Shown: positions 19,960-34,583, counted from the first letter of the stretch. The stretch: DNA of 64,000 nucleotides from Trueperaceae bacterium (GCA_965213705.1 OZ243913.1:3296001-3360000); one strand, 5' to 3'. A program made the numbers and translations. Notes: generated by a model not told the origin, from the sequence alone.

Positions 19960-20702
19960 AACGGCTTTTGGCGAGCCTTGAACTCTCTTTCGAGTCGGCG
20001 GGCGGTTTGACGCTCCCCGGCTCGAAGCGCTTTTTCCATCGCCGGGACGGGGTGCTCGAGCACCGCCCCGTGACCGACCGCGAGCCGCGTGGGGTTCAGG
20101 GCGACCAGGCGGCGGGCGCTCTCCAAAGCCGTGGGGCCGTGGTACGTGGCGAAAGCGGGCAGCGGAAACAAAGGGCGAACCTGCCCCGCGACCGCGACGC
20201 CCGCCTGCGTTTGGAAAGCGTCCCCCGCCACAAGCGTGCCGTCGCGCGGGTCGAACAGCGCGATGTGGCCGGGCGTGTGGCCGGGAGAAGCCACGACCTG
20301 CAACGAGCCGACCGTGTCGCCGTCACGCAGCAAACGCGTCGGGACGGTTTTGCAGGTGGTGTAGCCGCCGCGCAGTTTGGCGTTCGCTTTCTGCTCCGCA
20401 GAGTCGAGGACACGTTCACCCTTCAAAAACCGCGCCTCACGCTCGGAAACGAGCACTTCCGCCTCGGGCACCAGCGCGTGCAGCGCGTCGAGGCTGCCGA
20501 CGTGGTCCACGTGCGAGTGGGTCAGCACAATGCGCCTTATCGGCAAACCGAGGTCGCGGGCTGCCGTCAAGATATGGGGCGCGTTACCGCTCATGTTGGT
20601 ATCGACCACGGTGAGCCCGTCGTCCTCCCGCACCAAAAAGCTGTTGAAAGCGAGGTAACGGGTGAGGCGGTACAAGTTTTGGCCGTGCAGGTGAGGGGTC
20701 AT
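19956..20702 (-). CDS. MBL-fold metallo-hydrolase
   Basis: THSHVDHVG, PGHTPGH, AGDA, GHG; AAAGGAGA RBS before ATG at 20702. Confidence 0.9.
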   Translation of the reverse strand: MTPHLHGQNLYRLTRYLAFNSFLVREDDGLTVVDTNMSGNAPHILTAARDLGLPIRRIVLTHSHVDHVGSLDALHALVPEAEVLVSEREARFLKGERVLDSAEQKANAKLRGGYTTCKTVPTRLLRDGDTVGSLQVVASPGHTPGHIALFDPRDGTLVAGDAFQTQAGVAVAGQVRPLFPLPAFATYHGPTALESARRLVALNPTRLAVGHGAVLEHPVPAMEKALRAGERQTARRLEREFKARQKPF

Positions 20703-20716
20703 TGAGTTCTCCTTTG

Positions 20717-20745
20717 GGTGAAGACATACGGTGTTAGTCTTCACC
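20717..20745. promoter_or_regulatory. Probable TetR operator
   Basis: GGTGAAGAC-N11-GTCTTCACC inverted repeat between divergent MBL and TetR genes; related partial copy at 20779-20793. Confidence 0.7.
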
Positions 20746-20798
20746 GACCAAACTATAAGGCTTGCGCTTCGGCTTGTCAAGACGTACAGTGTTCACCT

Positions 20799-21356
20799 AT
20801 GCCCTATCCTGCCAAAACAAGCCCCGAAGGTATTCTCGAGCAGGCTATTACCCTCCTCGAGCAAGGGGAAGACGCCCTCTCGATGCGCTCGCTCGCCAAA
20901 GCTCTGGATGTACGCGCCTCGAGCCTCTACCGGCACTACGCAGACCGGGAAGCACTCGAGAAAGCCATCGCCGCTTACAGCGCCAACCTCCTCCGAAAAA
21001 GTCTTGAGAGCGCCCGTGAAGGTCGAGCGGCGGCTGAAGCGTTGCGAAGTGCGGCCTACGCTTACCTTGAATTTGCCCACGCCCACCCCGCCCTCTACGA
21101 CTTGCTGCTGGCCCCCCACCCGCTCGCACAGGCCGAGCCGGGGCCGCTCAAGGACTTGTGGAACGTGTTTCTGAGGCTTGTCGGCGGCGTCACCCAAAAC
21201 CCGGACGACACCGCCAGCGCGGTCGCGTGCTGGTCGTTTTTGCACGGCTTCGTGGTGCTGGGGCGCACCGGACTCTTCGGCGGCAGCGGCCCGCAGGGTG
21301 GGTTCGAGGTGGGGCTGGCGGCGTTGGTTAGGGGGCTCGAGGCTAGCTCGAACTGA
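20799..21356 (+). CDS. TetR/AcrR family regulator
   Basis: LSMRSLAKALDVRASSLYRHY helix-turn-helix; WSFLHG C-terminal motif. Confidence 0.9.
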   Translation: MPYPAKTSPEGILEQAITLLEQGEDALSMRSLAKALDVRASSLYRHYADREALEKAIAAYSANLLRKSLESAREGRAAAEALRSAAYAYLEFAHAHPALYDLLLAPHPLAQAEPGPLKDLWNVFLRLVGGVTQNPDDTASAVACWSFLHGFVVLGRTGLFGGSGPQGGFEVGLAALVRGLEASSN

Positions 21357-22521
21357 TGGTTGACTCGAGGTGTTCCCCGGCACCGACCTCTCGCTCAGCA
21401 GCCACTTCGACGCCCGCACCGACAAGAGCCAACTTGCCCTTGTCGCCGACGATGCGGGCGTTTTTGCCCAACGTCACGCCCTTGTCCAGCACGGCGTAGC
21501 TCACGACGGCCCCACGCTCGAGCCGCACGTTCTCGAGTAAAACCGCATTCTCAACCTTCGCCCCCGCCTCGACCACCACGCCGGGCGCGAGCACCGAGCG
21601 CACCACCGTACCCCGCACCGTGCAACTCGGCGAGACGAGGCTGTCGTCGATGTGGGCGGCTCCGAAAATTCGCGCCGGTTGAAAGTAACCGCCTTTGGTG
21701 CGCAGCGGCCAGTCGGGGTCGTCCAGCGCGAACTCGGGCTCGTCCGCGAGCAAGTCCATGTGCGCCTGCCAGTAACTCTCCGGCGTGCCGAGGTCGCGCC
21801 AGTAACCGGAATGTTCAAAGGCGTAAGCCCGGCCGTTTTCAACGAGGCGCGGCAGCAGGCGGTCGCCGTAATCGCCCAAGTCTTTGTCCTCCTCAAAAAG
21901 AGTTTGAAGCGTGTCCAGCAACACGGGCGCGTCGAACAGAAAAATCTCGGCGGTCACCTGGTCGGTCTTGGGCTCGTCCGGCTTGTAGGCAAAGCCGGTG
22001 ACGCGCCCGGCAGCGTCCGTCTCCACCACCCCGAAGCGCGAGGGGTCTTCGTCGGTGTGAACGGTCACCATCGTCACCTCGGCTTTTTTAGCTAGGTGCC
22101 GCTCGAGCACGTCGCGGTAGTCGAGCTTGTAGAGGTGGTCGGAACTGAGGACGAGGATTTGGTCCGCCCCGAAGTCGCGCAGGAAGTTCAGGTTTTGGTG
22201 CAGGGCTTCGGCGTTGCCGGAGGCGAAACCCTCACCCTCGCCGCCGCTGTAGGGCGGCAGCACGCGCAGACCGCCGCGGCTGCGGTCCAAGTCCCAGGGC
22301 CGACCGTTCGACAGGTGCTCGTTGAGCGAGTGCGGGCGGTACTGCTCGATAATCCACACGTCGCTCAAACCGCTGTTGACCGCGTTGCTTAAGGGTATGT
22401 CGATGAGGTGATAGCTGCCGCCGAAGGGCAGGCTCGGTTTGGCTCGAGCGTCCGTCAACACTTCCAAACGGCCGCCCTCACCCCCGGCCAAAATTAACGT
22501 GAGAATTTTAGTTTTTAGCAC
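21343..22521 (-). CDS. glgC: Glucose-1-phosphate adenylyltransferase family
   Basis: LILAGGEGGRL..LTDARAKPSLPFGG, SDHLYKLDY, YWRDLGT; GTG at 22521 after GGGGAG. Confidence 0.9.
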   Translation of the reverse strand: MLKTKILTLILAGGEGGRLEVLTDARAKPSLPFGGSYHLIDIPLSNAVNSGLSDVWIIEQYRPHSLNEHLSNGRPWDLDRSRGGLRVLPPYSGGEGEGFASGNAEALHQNLNFLRDFGADQILVLSSDHLYKLDYRDVLERHLAKKAEVTMVTVHTDEDPSRFGVVETDAAGRVTGFAYKPDEPKTDQVTAEIFLFDAPVLLDTLQTLFEEDKDLGDYGDRLLPRLVENGRAYAFEHSGYWRDLGTPESYWQAHMDLLADEPEFALDDPDWPLRTKGGYFQPARIFGAAHIDDSLVSPSCTVRGTVVRSVLAPGVVVEAGAKVENAVLLENVRLERGAVVSYAVLDKGVTLGKNARIVGDKGKLALVGAGVEVAAEREVGAGEHLESTISSS

Positions 22522-22545
22522 CGCTCCCCCTAAGCTTAGACAAGA

Positions 22546-22607
22546 AGCTTGTAGCCTGTGGCTTGTAGCTCGTAGAAACCACAAGCCACTGGCTACAAGC
22601 TACAGGC
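22546..22607. repeat. Heptamer-built (GCTTGTA/TACAAGC) palindromic element
   Basis: AGCTTGTAGCCTGTGGCTTGT...ACAAGCCACTGGCTACAAGCT, 21-bp arms with 1 mismatch, between pgm and glgC. Confidence 0.8.
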
Positions 22608-22609
22608 TT

Positions 22610-24259
22610 TTAAACCCCCGCCGCTTGAAACGCTTTTTTGACGATGTCCTGCGCCTGCTCTCGAATTTGTGCCAAGTGCGCCTCGCCCCTAAAACTCTCG
22701 GCGTAAATCTTGTAGATATCTTCCGTCCCCGAGGGGCGCGCGGCGAACCAGCCGTTCTCGGTGACGACTTTCAAACCGCCGATGGGCGCGTCGTTGCCGG
22801 GCGCGCGGGTGAGTTTCGCCTCTATGCGTTCCCCGGCGAGTTCGTCCGCTTTCACCAGGTCGGGTGAGAGGTCTTTCAAGGCCGCTTTTTGCTCAGGCGA
22901 GGCGGGTGCGTCGCTGCGGCTGTAGACGGGGTCGCCGAACTGTTCGGTGAGTTTCCGGTAGTGCTCCGCTGGGTCCTCGCCCGTGACGGCAGTGATTTCG
23001 GCGGCGAGCAGGTCCATGATAATTCCGTCTTTGTCGGTCGTCCAGACCGTGCCGTCGCGCCGCAGAAACGAGGCCCCCGCCGACTCCTCGCCGCCGAAGC
23101 CGTAAGAGCCGTCGAGCAAACCGTCGACAAACCACTTGAAGCCCACGGGTACTTCTTTGAGCGGGCGGCCCAAACCGTTCGCCACCCGGTCGATGATGGA
23201 ACTCGAGACCAGCGTCTTCCCCACCGCCGCGCCGTCGGGCCAGTGGGGACGATTTTGAAAAAGATAGTGAATCGCCACCGCCAGGTAGTGGTTCGGGTTC
23301 ATGAGTCCGCTTTTGGTGACGACGCCGTGCCGGTCGAAGTCGGGGTCGTTCCCAAAGGCGATGTCGAAGTCGTCCTTGAGCTTGATTAAACTCGCCATCG
23401 CGTAGGGAGAGGAGCAGTCCATGCGAATTTTGCCGTCCTTGTCGACGGTCATAAACGAAAACGTCGGGTCGACGCGGCGGTTCACGACGCTCAGGTTGAG
23501 GCCGTACTTCGCGGCGATGGGGTCCCAGTAGTCGACGCCCGCCCCGCCCATCGGGTCCACCCCGAGTTTTAAACCGGCAGCGGCGACGACTTTTAAGTTG
23601 ATGACGTTCTCTAAGTCGTCCACGTAGGGCTGAACGTAGTCGTACATGACAGTGGTGTCGGCGGCGAGGGCCTTTTTGTAAGTGACGCGCTTGACCCCTT
23701 TGAGCCCGTCTTGCAACAGTTCGTTCGCCCGCTTCTCAACCACCTTTGTGACCTCAGGACCGGCGGGGCCGCCGTCGGGCGGGTTGTACTTGAAGCCGCC
23801 GTCCGAGGGCGGGTTGTGCGACGGCGTGATGACGACGCCGTCGGCGAGGCCGTCTTTGCGGCCCTTGTTGTGGCTCAAAATCGCGTGCGACACCGCCGGG
23901 GTCGGGGTGTAGCCCAAGCCGTCTTGAACCATCACCGTGACGCCGTTGGCGGCGAAGACTTCTAGCGCGCTTACAAGCGCGGGCTCGGACAGGGCGTGCG
24001 TGTCCATGCCGATAAACAGCGGGCCGGTGACGCCCTGGGCCGCGCGGTATTCGGCCACTGCCTGGCTCACCGCCAGGATATGGTCTTCGTTGAAACTCCC
24101 TTCCGCCGAAGTACCCCGGTGCCCCGAGGTGCCGAACGCCACACGCTGAGCGGTGTCGTCAGGGTCGGGGTGCAGGTTGTAGTAGCTCGCCACCAAACGC
24201 GGGATGTTGGGCAGCAGCGATAACGGGGCGGGTTTGCCCGCCAGGTCGTGAACACTCAT
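22610..24259 (-). CDS. pgm: Phosphoglucomutase
   Basis: [34 protein letters not shown]. Confidence 0.97.
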   Translation of the reverse strand: MSVHDLAGKPAPLSLLPNIPRLVASYYNLHPDPDDTAQRVAFGTSGHRGTSAEGSFNEDHILAVSQAVAEYRAAQGVTGPLFIGMDTHALSEPALVSALEVFAANGVTVMVQDGLGYTPTPAVSHAILSHNKGRKDGLADGVVITPSHNPPSDGGFKYNPPDGGPAGPEVTKVVEKRANELLQDGLKGVKRVTYKKALAADTTVMYDYVQPYVDDLENVINLKVVAAAGLKLGVDPMGGAGVDYWDPIAAKYGLNLSVVNRRVDPTFSFMTVDKDGKIRMDCSSPYAMASLIKLKDDFDIAFGNDPDFDRHGVVTKSGLMNPNHYLAVAIHYLFQNRPHWPDGAAVGKTLVSSSIIDRVANGLGRPLKEVPVGFKWFVDGLLDGSYGFGGEESAGASFLRRDGTVWTTDKDGIIMDLLAAEITAVTGEDPAEHYRKLTEQFGDPVYSRSDAPASPEQKAALKDLSPDLVKADELAGERIEAKLTRAPGNDAPIGGLKVVTENGWFAARPSGTEDIYKIYAESFRGEAHLAQIREQAQDIVKKAFQAAGV

Positions 24260-24348
24260 GAAAGCCTCCTCTGACGTTACAAACCAGGATACAGCGCCGA
24301 CCGCCCCTCGAGAGGGTCCAAATGTAAGGGTTAGCAGTTTCGACCCTT

Positions 24349-25929
<1,581 letters not shown>

Positions 25930-26164
25930 GAACGTCCTTTCCAGGTTGACCCAACGCAAAAGCGGCTCGAGGCAAGGGTTGACACCTCAAGTGTAACGAA
26001 AATGGCGGCAAACCTGTGGGTGTACCGGGTCGACGTTAGGGGACTGTGTCAAAGAGACTGGGGCGGCTCGAGGCCCGGCACGACCGACTTGCCTTGTACC
26101 TGTCGGTCTCGCACGTTCCAACAGAGGCTAAGACCAAAGAGCCGACGCCGGGCGAAACTCGGGG

Positions 26165-27025
26165 CTAGTAAAGCCGCCGCTGCAAGTCGGCGGTCTGCAG
26201 GATGGTCGCGGCGATTTCCTCGACCGAGGCGGTGGTGGTGTTCAGAAAGCGGATGTTGCGGCTCTTGAACAGCCGCTCGGCCTGCCTCACCTCGTAGTCG
26301 CAACGCTCGAGCGACGCGTACACGCTCCCCGCTTTGCGTTTGTTGCGAATCCCGTGAAGCCGCAGGGGGTCGATGGTGAGGCCGAAAACTTTGTCTTTAT
26401 AGGGGGCCAGCGCCTCGGGCAAGTCGCCAAGCTCGAAGTCGTCTTCGGCTAAAGGATAGTTCGAGGCGCGGACGCCGTACTGGAGCGCTAAAAACAGGCA
26501 AGTCGGCGTCTTGCCCACCCGCGACGCGCCCACCAAAATGATGTCGGCCCGTTGATAGTGCGTCGTCCCCAGCCCGTCGTCGGTGGTGAGCGCGAAGTCC
26601 ACCGCGTCGATGCGCATCTGGTAGCTCGCCAAGTCGACGATGCCGTGCGAGCGCCCCACGCGTTTTGAAGAGGCGCGGCCCAGTTCGCGCTCGAGCCGCG
26701 CCACGTACGGCGCGAACACGTCGAACAGGAGCGCGTCGTCCTCACCCAAGCCCGCCAGCATCATGGGGTCGCTCAGGGTGCTGAACACGACCGGACGCGC
26801 CCCGGCACGCGCCGCCGTTTTAACCTCCGCGACGACCTCCGCCGCCTTGGCCGGCGAGTCGATAAAGGGCCGCGTCAGGTAGCGAAAACCCACCCCTTCG
26901 AAACGAACCAGCAAGCTGTGCCCCAGCACCTCCGCGGTGATGCCCGTGTGGTCGGAAATGAAGAAAACGGTGCGTTCGGCTGAATTCTCGGCTGGGTTTT
27001 CTTGTGCCATGCCTTCCTTTGCCAT
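26165..27025 (-). CDS. ppsR: PEP synthase regulatory protein (DUF299)
   Basis: FFISDHTGITAE, DDG, GASRVGKTPTCLFLA; divergent from ppsA; alternative start at 27010. Confidence 0.93.
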   Translation of the reverse strand: MAKEGMAQENPAENSAERTVFFISDHTGITAEVLGHSLLVRFEGVGFRYLTRPFIDSPAKAAEVVAEVKTAARAGARPVVFSTLSDPMMLAGLGEDDALLFDVFAPYVARLERELGRASSKRVGRSHGIVDLASYQMRIDAVDFALTTDDGLGTTHYQRADIILVGASRVGKTPTCLFLALQYGVRASNYPLAEDDFELGDLPEALAPYKDKVFGLTIDPLRLHGIRNKRKAGSVYASLERCDYEVRQAERLFKSRNIRFLNTTTASVEEIAATILQTADLQRRLY

Positions 27026-27207
27026 ACCTTCCTTCCGGCTGTAGAGACAGGAGGTTCGCTCGCTATCCCAATCGAATCGACGCTCATTCAGCAAAAAAGT
27101 ACAAAAGGTCACGCCTACCGCGCCAGTGTACTCTACAGTGTATACAGTTCGACCACGAGATTTTCTTAGAGCACTTTCTTGAGAGGTCTTTGAGGTAAAG
27201 GAGAGTT

Positions 27208-29592
<2,385 letters not shown>

Positions 29593-29615
29593 GGGGGCGT
29601 GTGGGACGGTAAACC

Positions 29616-30284
29616 TCAGCCCAAAAACGTCGCTATCTCCTCGAGCCCCTTTTTACCGATCGCAGGCACGCTCGCGTCCGCCGCCGGATAGCCGACCACA
29701 AGCAGCAAAAACGGCCGCTCGTTGGCGGGGCGATTCAACAGTTCGTTCAAAAACCCCATCGGACTGGGCGTGTGGGTCAGCGCCGCCAGCCCCGCGTGGT
29801 GTAACGCGGCAATCAAGAACCCCGTGGCGATGCCGACCGACTCGGTCGCGTAGTAGTGCTTGACCTTTTTGCCGTCGGCGGTGAGCCCGTAGCTCTGTGC
29901 GAACACGGCGATGAGGTAGGGCGCGGTTTCCAAAAACGGCTTGTGCTCGTCGGTGCCCAGGGGTGCGAGCGCGTCGAGCCATTCCTGCGGCGCTTTCGAC
30001 GCGTAAAACTCGCGCTCCTCGGCTTCGGCGGCGACGCGGATTTTGCTTTTCAAACTCGGGTCGGTCACCACGACGAAGTGCCAGGGCTGCAGGTTCGCCC
30101 CGTTCGGCGCGGTTCCGGCGGCGCGGAGGGCGTCTTCGATGATTTCACGCGGCACCGGCTCAGCGCTGAACTCGCGGACGCTGCGGCGGCGTTTCAAGGT
30201 GTCGTAAAAGGCTCGAGCCCGTTCACGCATCTCCTCTTCGGAACGGCGGCGGAACTCGAGCGGGACGAAGTCGGGGTGGGCCAT
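29616..30284 (-). CDS. Nitroreductase superfamily, iodotyrosine deiodinase-like
   Basis: [23 protein letters not shown], lid [10 protein letters not shown]...[31 protein letters not shown]. Confidence 0.85.
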   Translation of the reverse strand: MAHPDFVPLEFRRRSEEEMRERARAFYDTLKRRRSVREFSAEPVPREIIEDALRAAGTAPNGANLQPWHFVVVTDPSLKSKIRVAAEAEEREFYASKAPQEWLDALAPLGTDEHKPFLETAPYLIAVFAQSYGLTADGKKVKHYYATESVGIATGFLIAALHHAGLAALTHTPSPMGFLNELLNRPANERPFLLLVVGYPAADASVPAIGKKGLEEIATFLG

Positions 30285-30324
30285 TCGCCAAGTTTAACCG
30301 GCTCGAGGTGGGGGCACCGCCAGG

Positions 30325-30396
30325 AAGTACCGAGGACCGAGTGAAAAGTACCGAGTGAAAAAACTTTCGACTCGGTACTCAGGACTCGGTACTTTT
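30325..30396. repeat. AGTACCG-heptamer dispersed repeat element, palindromic copy
   Basis: AAGTACCGAGGACCGAGTGAAAAGTACCGAGTGAAA...ACTCGGTACTCAGGACTCGGTACTTTT. Confidence 0.8.
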
Positions 30397-30439
30397 TTGT
30401 CCTGAAAATTAGCTCACTCGGTTATGTCGAACGAACCCG

Positions 30440-30955
30440 TCAAACTGCTCTCGTCAGTCTCAACTCGTGTACGCTCAAGTCGTTGCGCCACTGTTCGGTC
30501 TTGGTCACACCGTCGGCCTCGAAACCCGCGGCTTTGTAAAAACGCAGCGCGCGCTCGTTGCCGTCCAGCACCCACAGGGTGACCTCACGGTAGCCGCGCT
30601 CGAGCAACGCGCCTAAGTCGGCTTCCCACAGCGCCTTGCCCACACCCCGACCCCACACCTCCGGTAGGGCGTAAAGGGTCATAATTTCGGCCGCCCCCGA
30701 CTTGTCCTCGTCGCGGCACGGGCCGATGTTTGAAAACGCGACGACCTCGCCCGCGTTTTCAAAAACGAACACGGCTTGGGTGTCGTCTTGCAGGGTGCGC
30801 TGCCAGCCCAGCTCGCGCCGCTCGACGTTCAGACTGGCGAGCAAACTGGCGGGCAGCAAACCCTGGTACGCCGCCCGCCACGAAGCGACGTGAACGCGGG
30901 CGATGGCGGGGGCGTCTTCCGGGGTGGCGGGGCGAACGCTCACTCGTCCCCGCAC
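30440..30955 (-). CDS. GNAT acetyltransferase
   Basis: VRPATPEDA, LYALPEVWGRGVGKAL, NERALRFYKAAGF. Confidence 0.9.
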   Translation of the reverse strand: MRGRVSVRPATPEDAPAIARVHVASWRAAYQGLLPASLLASLNVERRELGWQRTLQDDTQAVFVFENAGEVVAFSNIGPCRDEDKSGAAEIMTLYALPEVWGRGVGKALWEADLGALLERGYREVTLWVLDGNERALRFYKAAGFEADGVTKTEQWRNDLSVHELRLTRAV

Positions 30956-30976
30956 GTCGTCTCGAGACTCACAAGC

Positions 30977-31429
30977 TCATTTCTCCGCAGGCAGCAGCGT
31001 CGTCATCGTGGCGGTCATCAGGGCGACGTGTTTCCGTTGCGAACCCGTGAAGGCGTACACGTCGCCCTGGCACACCTTGAGGGTTCGGCCCGAGCGCAGC
31101 ACGCGGCCCGCAGCGCTAAAACGCTCGCCGACGGCGGGCGCTAGAAAGTTGACCTTGAACTCGACCGTGAGCACGTTCGCCTCCCTCGGCATAAGCGTCA
31201 GGGCGGCGTAACCGCAGGCGCTGTCTACAAGCGTCGTGACGACGCCCGCGTGCAAAAAACCGTCTTGCTGGGTGAGGTCGGCCCGGTAGGGCAAACCGAT
31301 TTCGACGCTGCCGGGGGTTACGAAAGTTACGGACGCGCCGAGCAGCGCCATGACCTTTTGCGCCGCAAAGCTTGTCCGAACCGCGGCGGCGTAGTCGGGG
31401 TTAAGAGCTTCGAACATCCCCGACATCAT
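30977..31429 (-). CDS. PaaI family thioesterase
   Basis: QQDGFLHAGVVTTLVDSACG, VEFKVNFLAPA. Confidence 0.9.
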   Translation of the reverse strand: MMSGMFEALNPDYAAAVRTSFAAQKVMALLGASVTFVTPGSVEIGLPYRADLTQQDGFLHAGVVTTLVDSACGYAALTLMPREANVLTVEFKVNFLAPAVGERFSAAGRVLRSGRTLKVCQGDVYAFTGSQRKHVALMTATMTTLLPAEK

Positions 31430-31455
31430 ACGCGAAGCTCGGCTAGACTGGCCCT

Positions 31456-32031
31456 ATGAATGTGGAAGAGGTGAGTTTTAGCGGCGCGGTGCTGGCCGGC
31501 GGGTTTTCCAAGCGTTTCGGCAGCGACAAGGCGAGGTACGTCCTGGCCGGCCGAGCGCTGCTGACGCGGGTGTTGGACAGTTTGGCAGGGGCGGCCGAGC
31601 GCTTCGTCGTCGCAAACCGCGACTACGGCGAGTTCGGGGTGCCCGTTTATGCAGACATCTTGCCCACCCGGAGTCCGCTGAGCGGCGTTCACACGGCGCT
31701 GTGTCAGGCCAAAGAAGACTGGGTCGCGGTGGCGGCCTGCGACCTCCCCTACCTAACGCCCGAGTACTGGGCCGTCCTCGCCCGGCACCGTAACCGTAAA
31801 GGTGTGCAAGCGGTCGTAGTGGAAAGAGAGGGCGGGCTCGAGCCCCTGGCCGCCCTTTATCACCGCGACCTTGCAGACGAGGCCGCGCGGCGCTTGCAGC
31901 GCGGCGACTTGGCCGTTCACAGGTTCGTTGGTGAAATTAACGCCCACGTTTTGGACTGGGCGACCCTGGACTTGCCGCCCGACACCTTGACCAACCTAAA
32001 CGCACGGCCGGACGCGCTAAAAAACCTGTAA
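31456..32031 (+). CDS. mobA: Molybdenum cofactor guanylyltransferase
   Basis: VLAGGFSKRFGSDKA, PLSGV, AACDLP, EPLAALY. Confidence 0.88.
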   Translation: MNVEEVSFSGAVLAGGFSKRFGSDKARYVLAGRALLTRVLDSLAGAAERFVVANRDYGEFGVPVYADILPTRSPLSGVHTALCQAKEDWVAVAACDLPYLTPEYWAVLARHRNRKGVQAVVVEREGGLEPLAALYHRDLADEAARRLQRGDLAVHRFVGEINAHVLDWATLDLPPDTLTNLNARPDALKNL

Positions 32032-32065
32032 GAAATTTGTGTGACGCCCCGAGTAAACTCAGCCT

Positions 32066-32512
32066 ATGGAGTTAAACGTCACGCAAGACATCATCGTAGC
32101 GACTGAGAAGGAAAACGTCCTCCTCGAGATGCTCCTCTCGACCGAACACCACAACCTCGTGTTGCTGTCCAAGGGCCAAGACGTCTTCGCGTACCTGCGC
32201 GCGAACACGCCCGCGCTGCTGCTTGTCGACGCCCACCTGCCCGACGTCGGCGGTATTACGATTTGCAGCCGCATGAAAAAGGTGGCCCGACTGCGCGACC
32301 TGCCTTTGGTCTTGCTCGTTTCCGCCAGAGACACGGCGAGTTTGAAGGCGGCCGAGCTGTGTCGTCCCGACGCCCTCATCACCAAACCGCTCGGCGGCAA
32401 AGACGTTCGCGCCACTGTCACGCGCCTGCTCGGCAAAAAAGACTTGAGAGAGGGCCGGCTCGACCTGAACAGGGCGGTTGACCGAGTAGGCGGCTCGAGG
32501 CACTTTTCCTAA
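32066..32512 (+). CDS. Single-domain response regulator (atypical acidic pocket)
   Basis: LLLVDAHLPDVGG..IC, LITKP; N-terminal acidic pair poorly conserved. Confidence 0.75.
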   Translation: MELNVTQDIIVATEKENVLLEMLLSTEHHNLVLLSKGQDVFAYLRANTPALLLVDAHLPDVGGITICSRMKKVARLRDLPLVLLVSARDTASLKAAELCRPDALITKPLGGKDVRATVTRLLGKKDLREGRLDLNRAVDRVGGSRHFS

Positions 32513-32571
32513 CTTTTGAACGAGCCTGCCCACCCCAAACACGGGCGCCGTCAACCGGTTGCGTGGGTACC

Positions 32572-32635
32572 GACTTTTAGACCGCTAAATTTTAGACTGC
32601 TGACTTTTAGACTGCTGACTTTTAGACTGCCGACC
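32572..32635. repeat. 15-bp tandem repeat x4 (GACTTTTAGACTGCT)
   Basis: Four adjacent units with no spacers. Confidence 0.9.
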
Positions 32636-32728
32636 TTGGAGCCCGCTGAACTTCAGGCTGTGACCGAGGACCTCGGGAGCCTCTTGTCGAGAAGCTCTTT
32701 CCCACTCCCCGCCACGCCGGCTTCTGCG

Positions 32729-32763
32729 GCGTTTGCAAACGCTGGGTTTTGCAAACACTGGGT
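32729..32763. repeat. 16-bp tandem duplication containing palindrome GCGTTTGCAAACGC
   Basis: TTTGCAAACGCTGGGT/TTTGCAAACACTGGGT upstream of uraD. Confidence 0.7.
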
Positions 32764-32805
32764 TTAAAGGCGGATTTTTAGTGCTATGGTGATAGGGCTG
32801 AGGCT

Positions 32806-33330
32806 ATGGACCTATCTTTAGATACCCTCAATTCGCTTTCACCCGGCGCTTTTCAGACTGCGCTCGGCGGCGTTTTCGAGCACTCGCCCTGGGTAGTGGA
32901 GACGGTTGACGACCAGCGGCCTTTTGCGAGCTGGGACGCCCTGCACGCCGCGCTGGTGAGGGCCGTAGCCGAGGCCGCGCCGGAACAGCAACTCGCCCTC
33001 ATCCGCGCCCACCCGGACTTGGCGGGCAAAGCGGCGCTCTCAGGCGAGGTGACGGAAGCCTCCAAAGAAGAACAAAGCGGGGCGGGCTTGAACCGTCTGA
33101 GCGAGGACGAATACCGGCGCTTTCACAAGCTCAACACAACTTACCGAGAGCGGTTCGGCTTTCCTTTTATTTTAGCCGTCAGAAACCATGACAAAAGCAG
33201 CATCCTCGAGTCCTTTGAGCAGCGTCTGACCAACAGCCCAGAGCAGGAAAAAAACCGCGCCCTCGCCGAAATCGCCAAAATCGCGCGCTTTCGCCTGGCG
33301 GCGCTCTCAGGAGACGCGCATGATGATTGA
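32806..33330 (+). CDS. uraD: OHCU decarboxylase
   Basis: VFEHSPWV, AHPDLAG, SKEEQSGAGL, YRERFGFPFILAV. Confidence 0.95.
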   Translation: MDLSLDTLNSLSPGAFQTALGGVFEHSPWVVETVDDQRPFASWDALHAALVRAVAEAAPEQQLALIRAHPDLAGKAALSGEVTEASKEEQSGAGLNRLSEDEYRRFHKLNTTYRERFGFPFILAVRNHDKSSILESFEQRLTNSPEQEKNRALAEIAKIARFRLAALSGDAHDD

Positions 33331-34237
33331 GTCGATAAGCTACGGCAAGAGCAACGTCACCGTGTACCGCACCAACGCCGCGCCGCTCGTCGGCCTGAGC
33401 CCACTGCCCGAGTCGAACTTCACCGGGCGCAGCAACGTGTTGTTCGCCAACGACGTGGACGTGCTCGTCCTCGGCGACAACTTCAAACCCGCCTACACCG
33501 AGGGTGACAACAGCGACGTGGTGGCGACCGACAGCATGAAAAACTTCATTTTGAAAAAGGGGCTCGAGTTCGGCGGCAGCACCCTAGAAGGTCTGTTACA
33601 CTTTCTGGGCCGCGAGTTCTTGCAGCGCTACCCGCACATGGAGGCGCTGCAGGTGTCCGGCACCGAGGTTCCCTTCGAGGCCGCCACCGTGCCGCAAGAC
33701 GGCGCGTTCGTCAAAAGCGAAACCCTCTTCTACCCCACCGACGCCGATAGGGGTTACGCCGAGGTGCACCTGGAACGTGCCGGCGAAGACAGCGTCGTCA
33801 CCAATCACCGGGCGGGGCGGCTCGGCTTCAAACTCGTCAAGGTGACGGGCAGCTCGTTTTACAGCTTCGTGCGCGACGAGCACACGACCCTGCCCGAGCG
33901 CACCGACCGGGCGCTCTACGTCTACGCCGACTGTTGGTGGCGTTACCGAGACGCTGCGAACATGATTGCTGACGACAACAGGCACTTCGTCGCCTCCGAG
34001 CAGGTCCGCGACGTTGTAAGAAGCGTGTTCCACAGTTTCAACAGCAAGTCCATCCAACACCTGTTTCACGAGATGGGCGAGCGCGTGTTGCAGCGCTTCC
34101 CACAGCTGAGTGAACTGACCTTTCAAGGCCAAAATCGCACCTGGGACGTGATGTTTGAAGACACTGACCCTACCACTAAAACGATGTGCGACCCGCGCCC
34201 GCCCTACGGCGTCATCGGCCTGACGCTGACGCAGTAA
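33320..34237 (+). CDS. pucL: Urate oxidase (factor-independent)
   Basis: [33 protein letters not shown]. Confidence 0.93.
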   Translation: MMIESISYGKSNVTVYRTNAAPLVGLSPLPESNFTGRSNVLFANDVDVLVLGDNFKPAYTEGDNSDVVATDSMKNFILKKGLEFGGSTLEGLLHFLGREFLQRYPHMEALQVSGTEVPFEAATVPQDGAFVKSETLFYPTDADRGYAEVHLERAGEDSVVTNHRAGRLGFKLVKVTGSSFYSFVRDEHTTLPERTDRALYVYADCWWRYRDAANMIADDNRHFVASEQVRDVVRSVFHSFNSKSIQHLFHEMGERVLQRFPQLSELTFQGQNRTWDVMFEDTDPTTKTMCDPRPPYGVIGLTLTQ

Positions 34238-34572
34238 TGGGCCGCCTCAGCACGCACGTCTTGGACACCGCCCACGGCAAGCCCGCCGCGGGCCTCGCCA
34301 TCGACCTCTACTACCTGGGCGGCGAGTCGCGGCAACACTTGGCGAGTTTCATGACCAACGCCGACGGCCGCACCGACGCGCCCCTGCTCGAAGCCCAGGA
34401 CATGGTGACGGGCGTATTCGAGCTGGTATTTCACGTAGGCGAGTATTTCGGGCTCGAGCCCAGGTTTTTAGACCAGGTGCCGGTACGCTTCGGCATCACC
34501 GACGCCAGCGCGAACTACCACGTGCCGCTCCTCGTGTCGCCTTATGCATACAGCACCTACCGGGGCAGCTAG
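34237..34572 (+). CDS. uraH: 5-hydroxyisourate hydrolase
   Basis: [36 protein letters not shown]. Confidence 0.97.
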   Translation: MGRLSTHVLDTAHGKPAAGLAIDLYYLGGESRQHLASFMTNADGRTDAPLLEAQDMVTGVFELVFHVGEYFGLEPRFLDQVPVRFGITDASANYHVPLLVSPYAYSTYRGS

Positions 34573-34583
34573 CCGGGACAGCT

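Noticed and set aside
32572..32635. Possible CRISPR array
   Set aside because: Units are 15 bp and directly adjacent with no spacers; no cas genes in the window.
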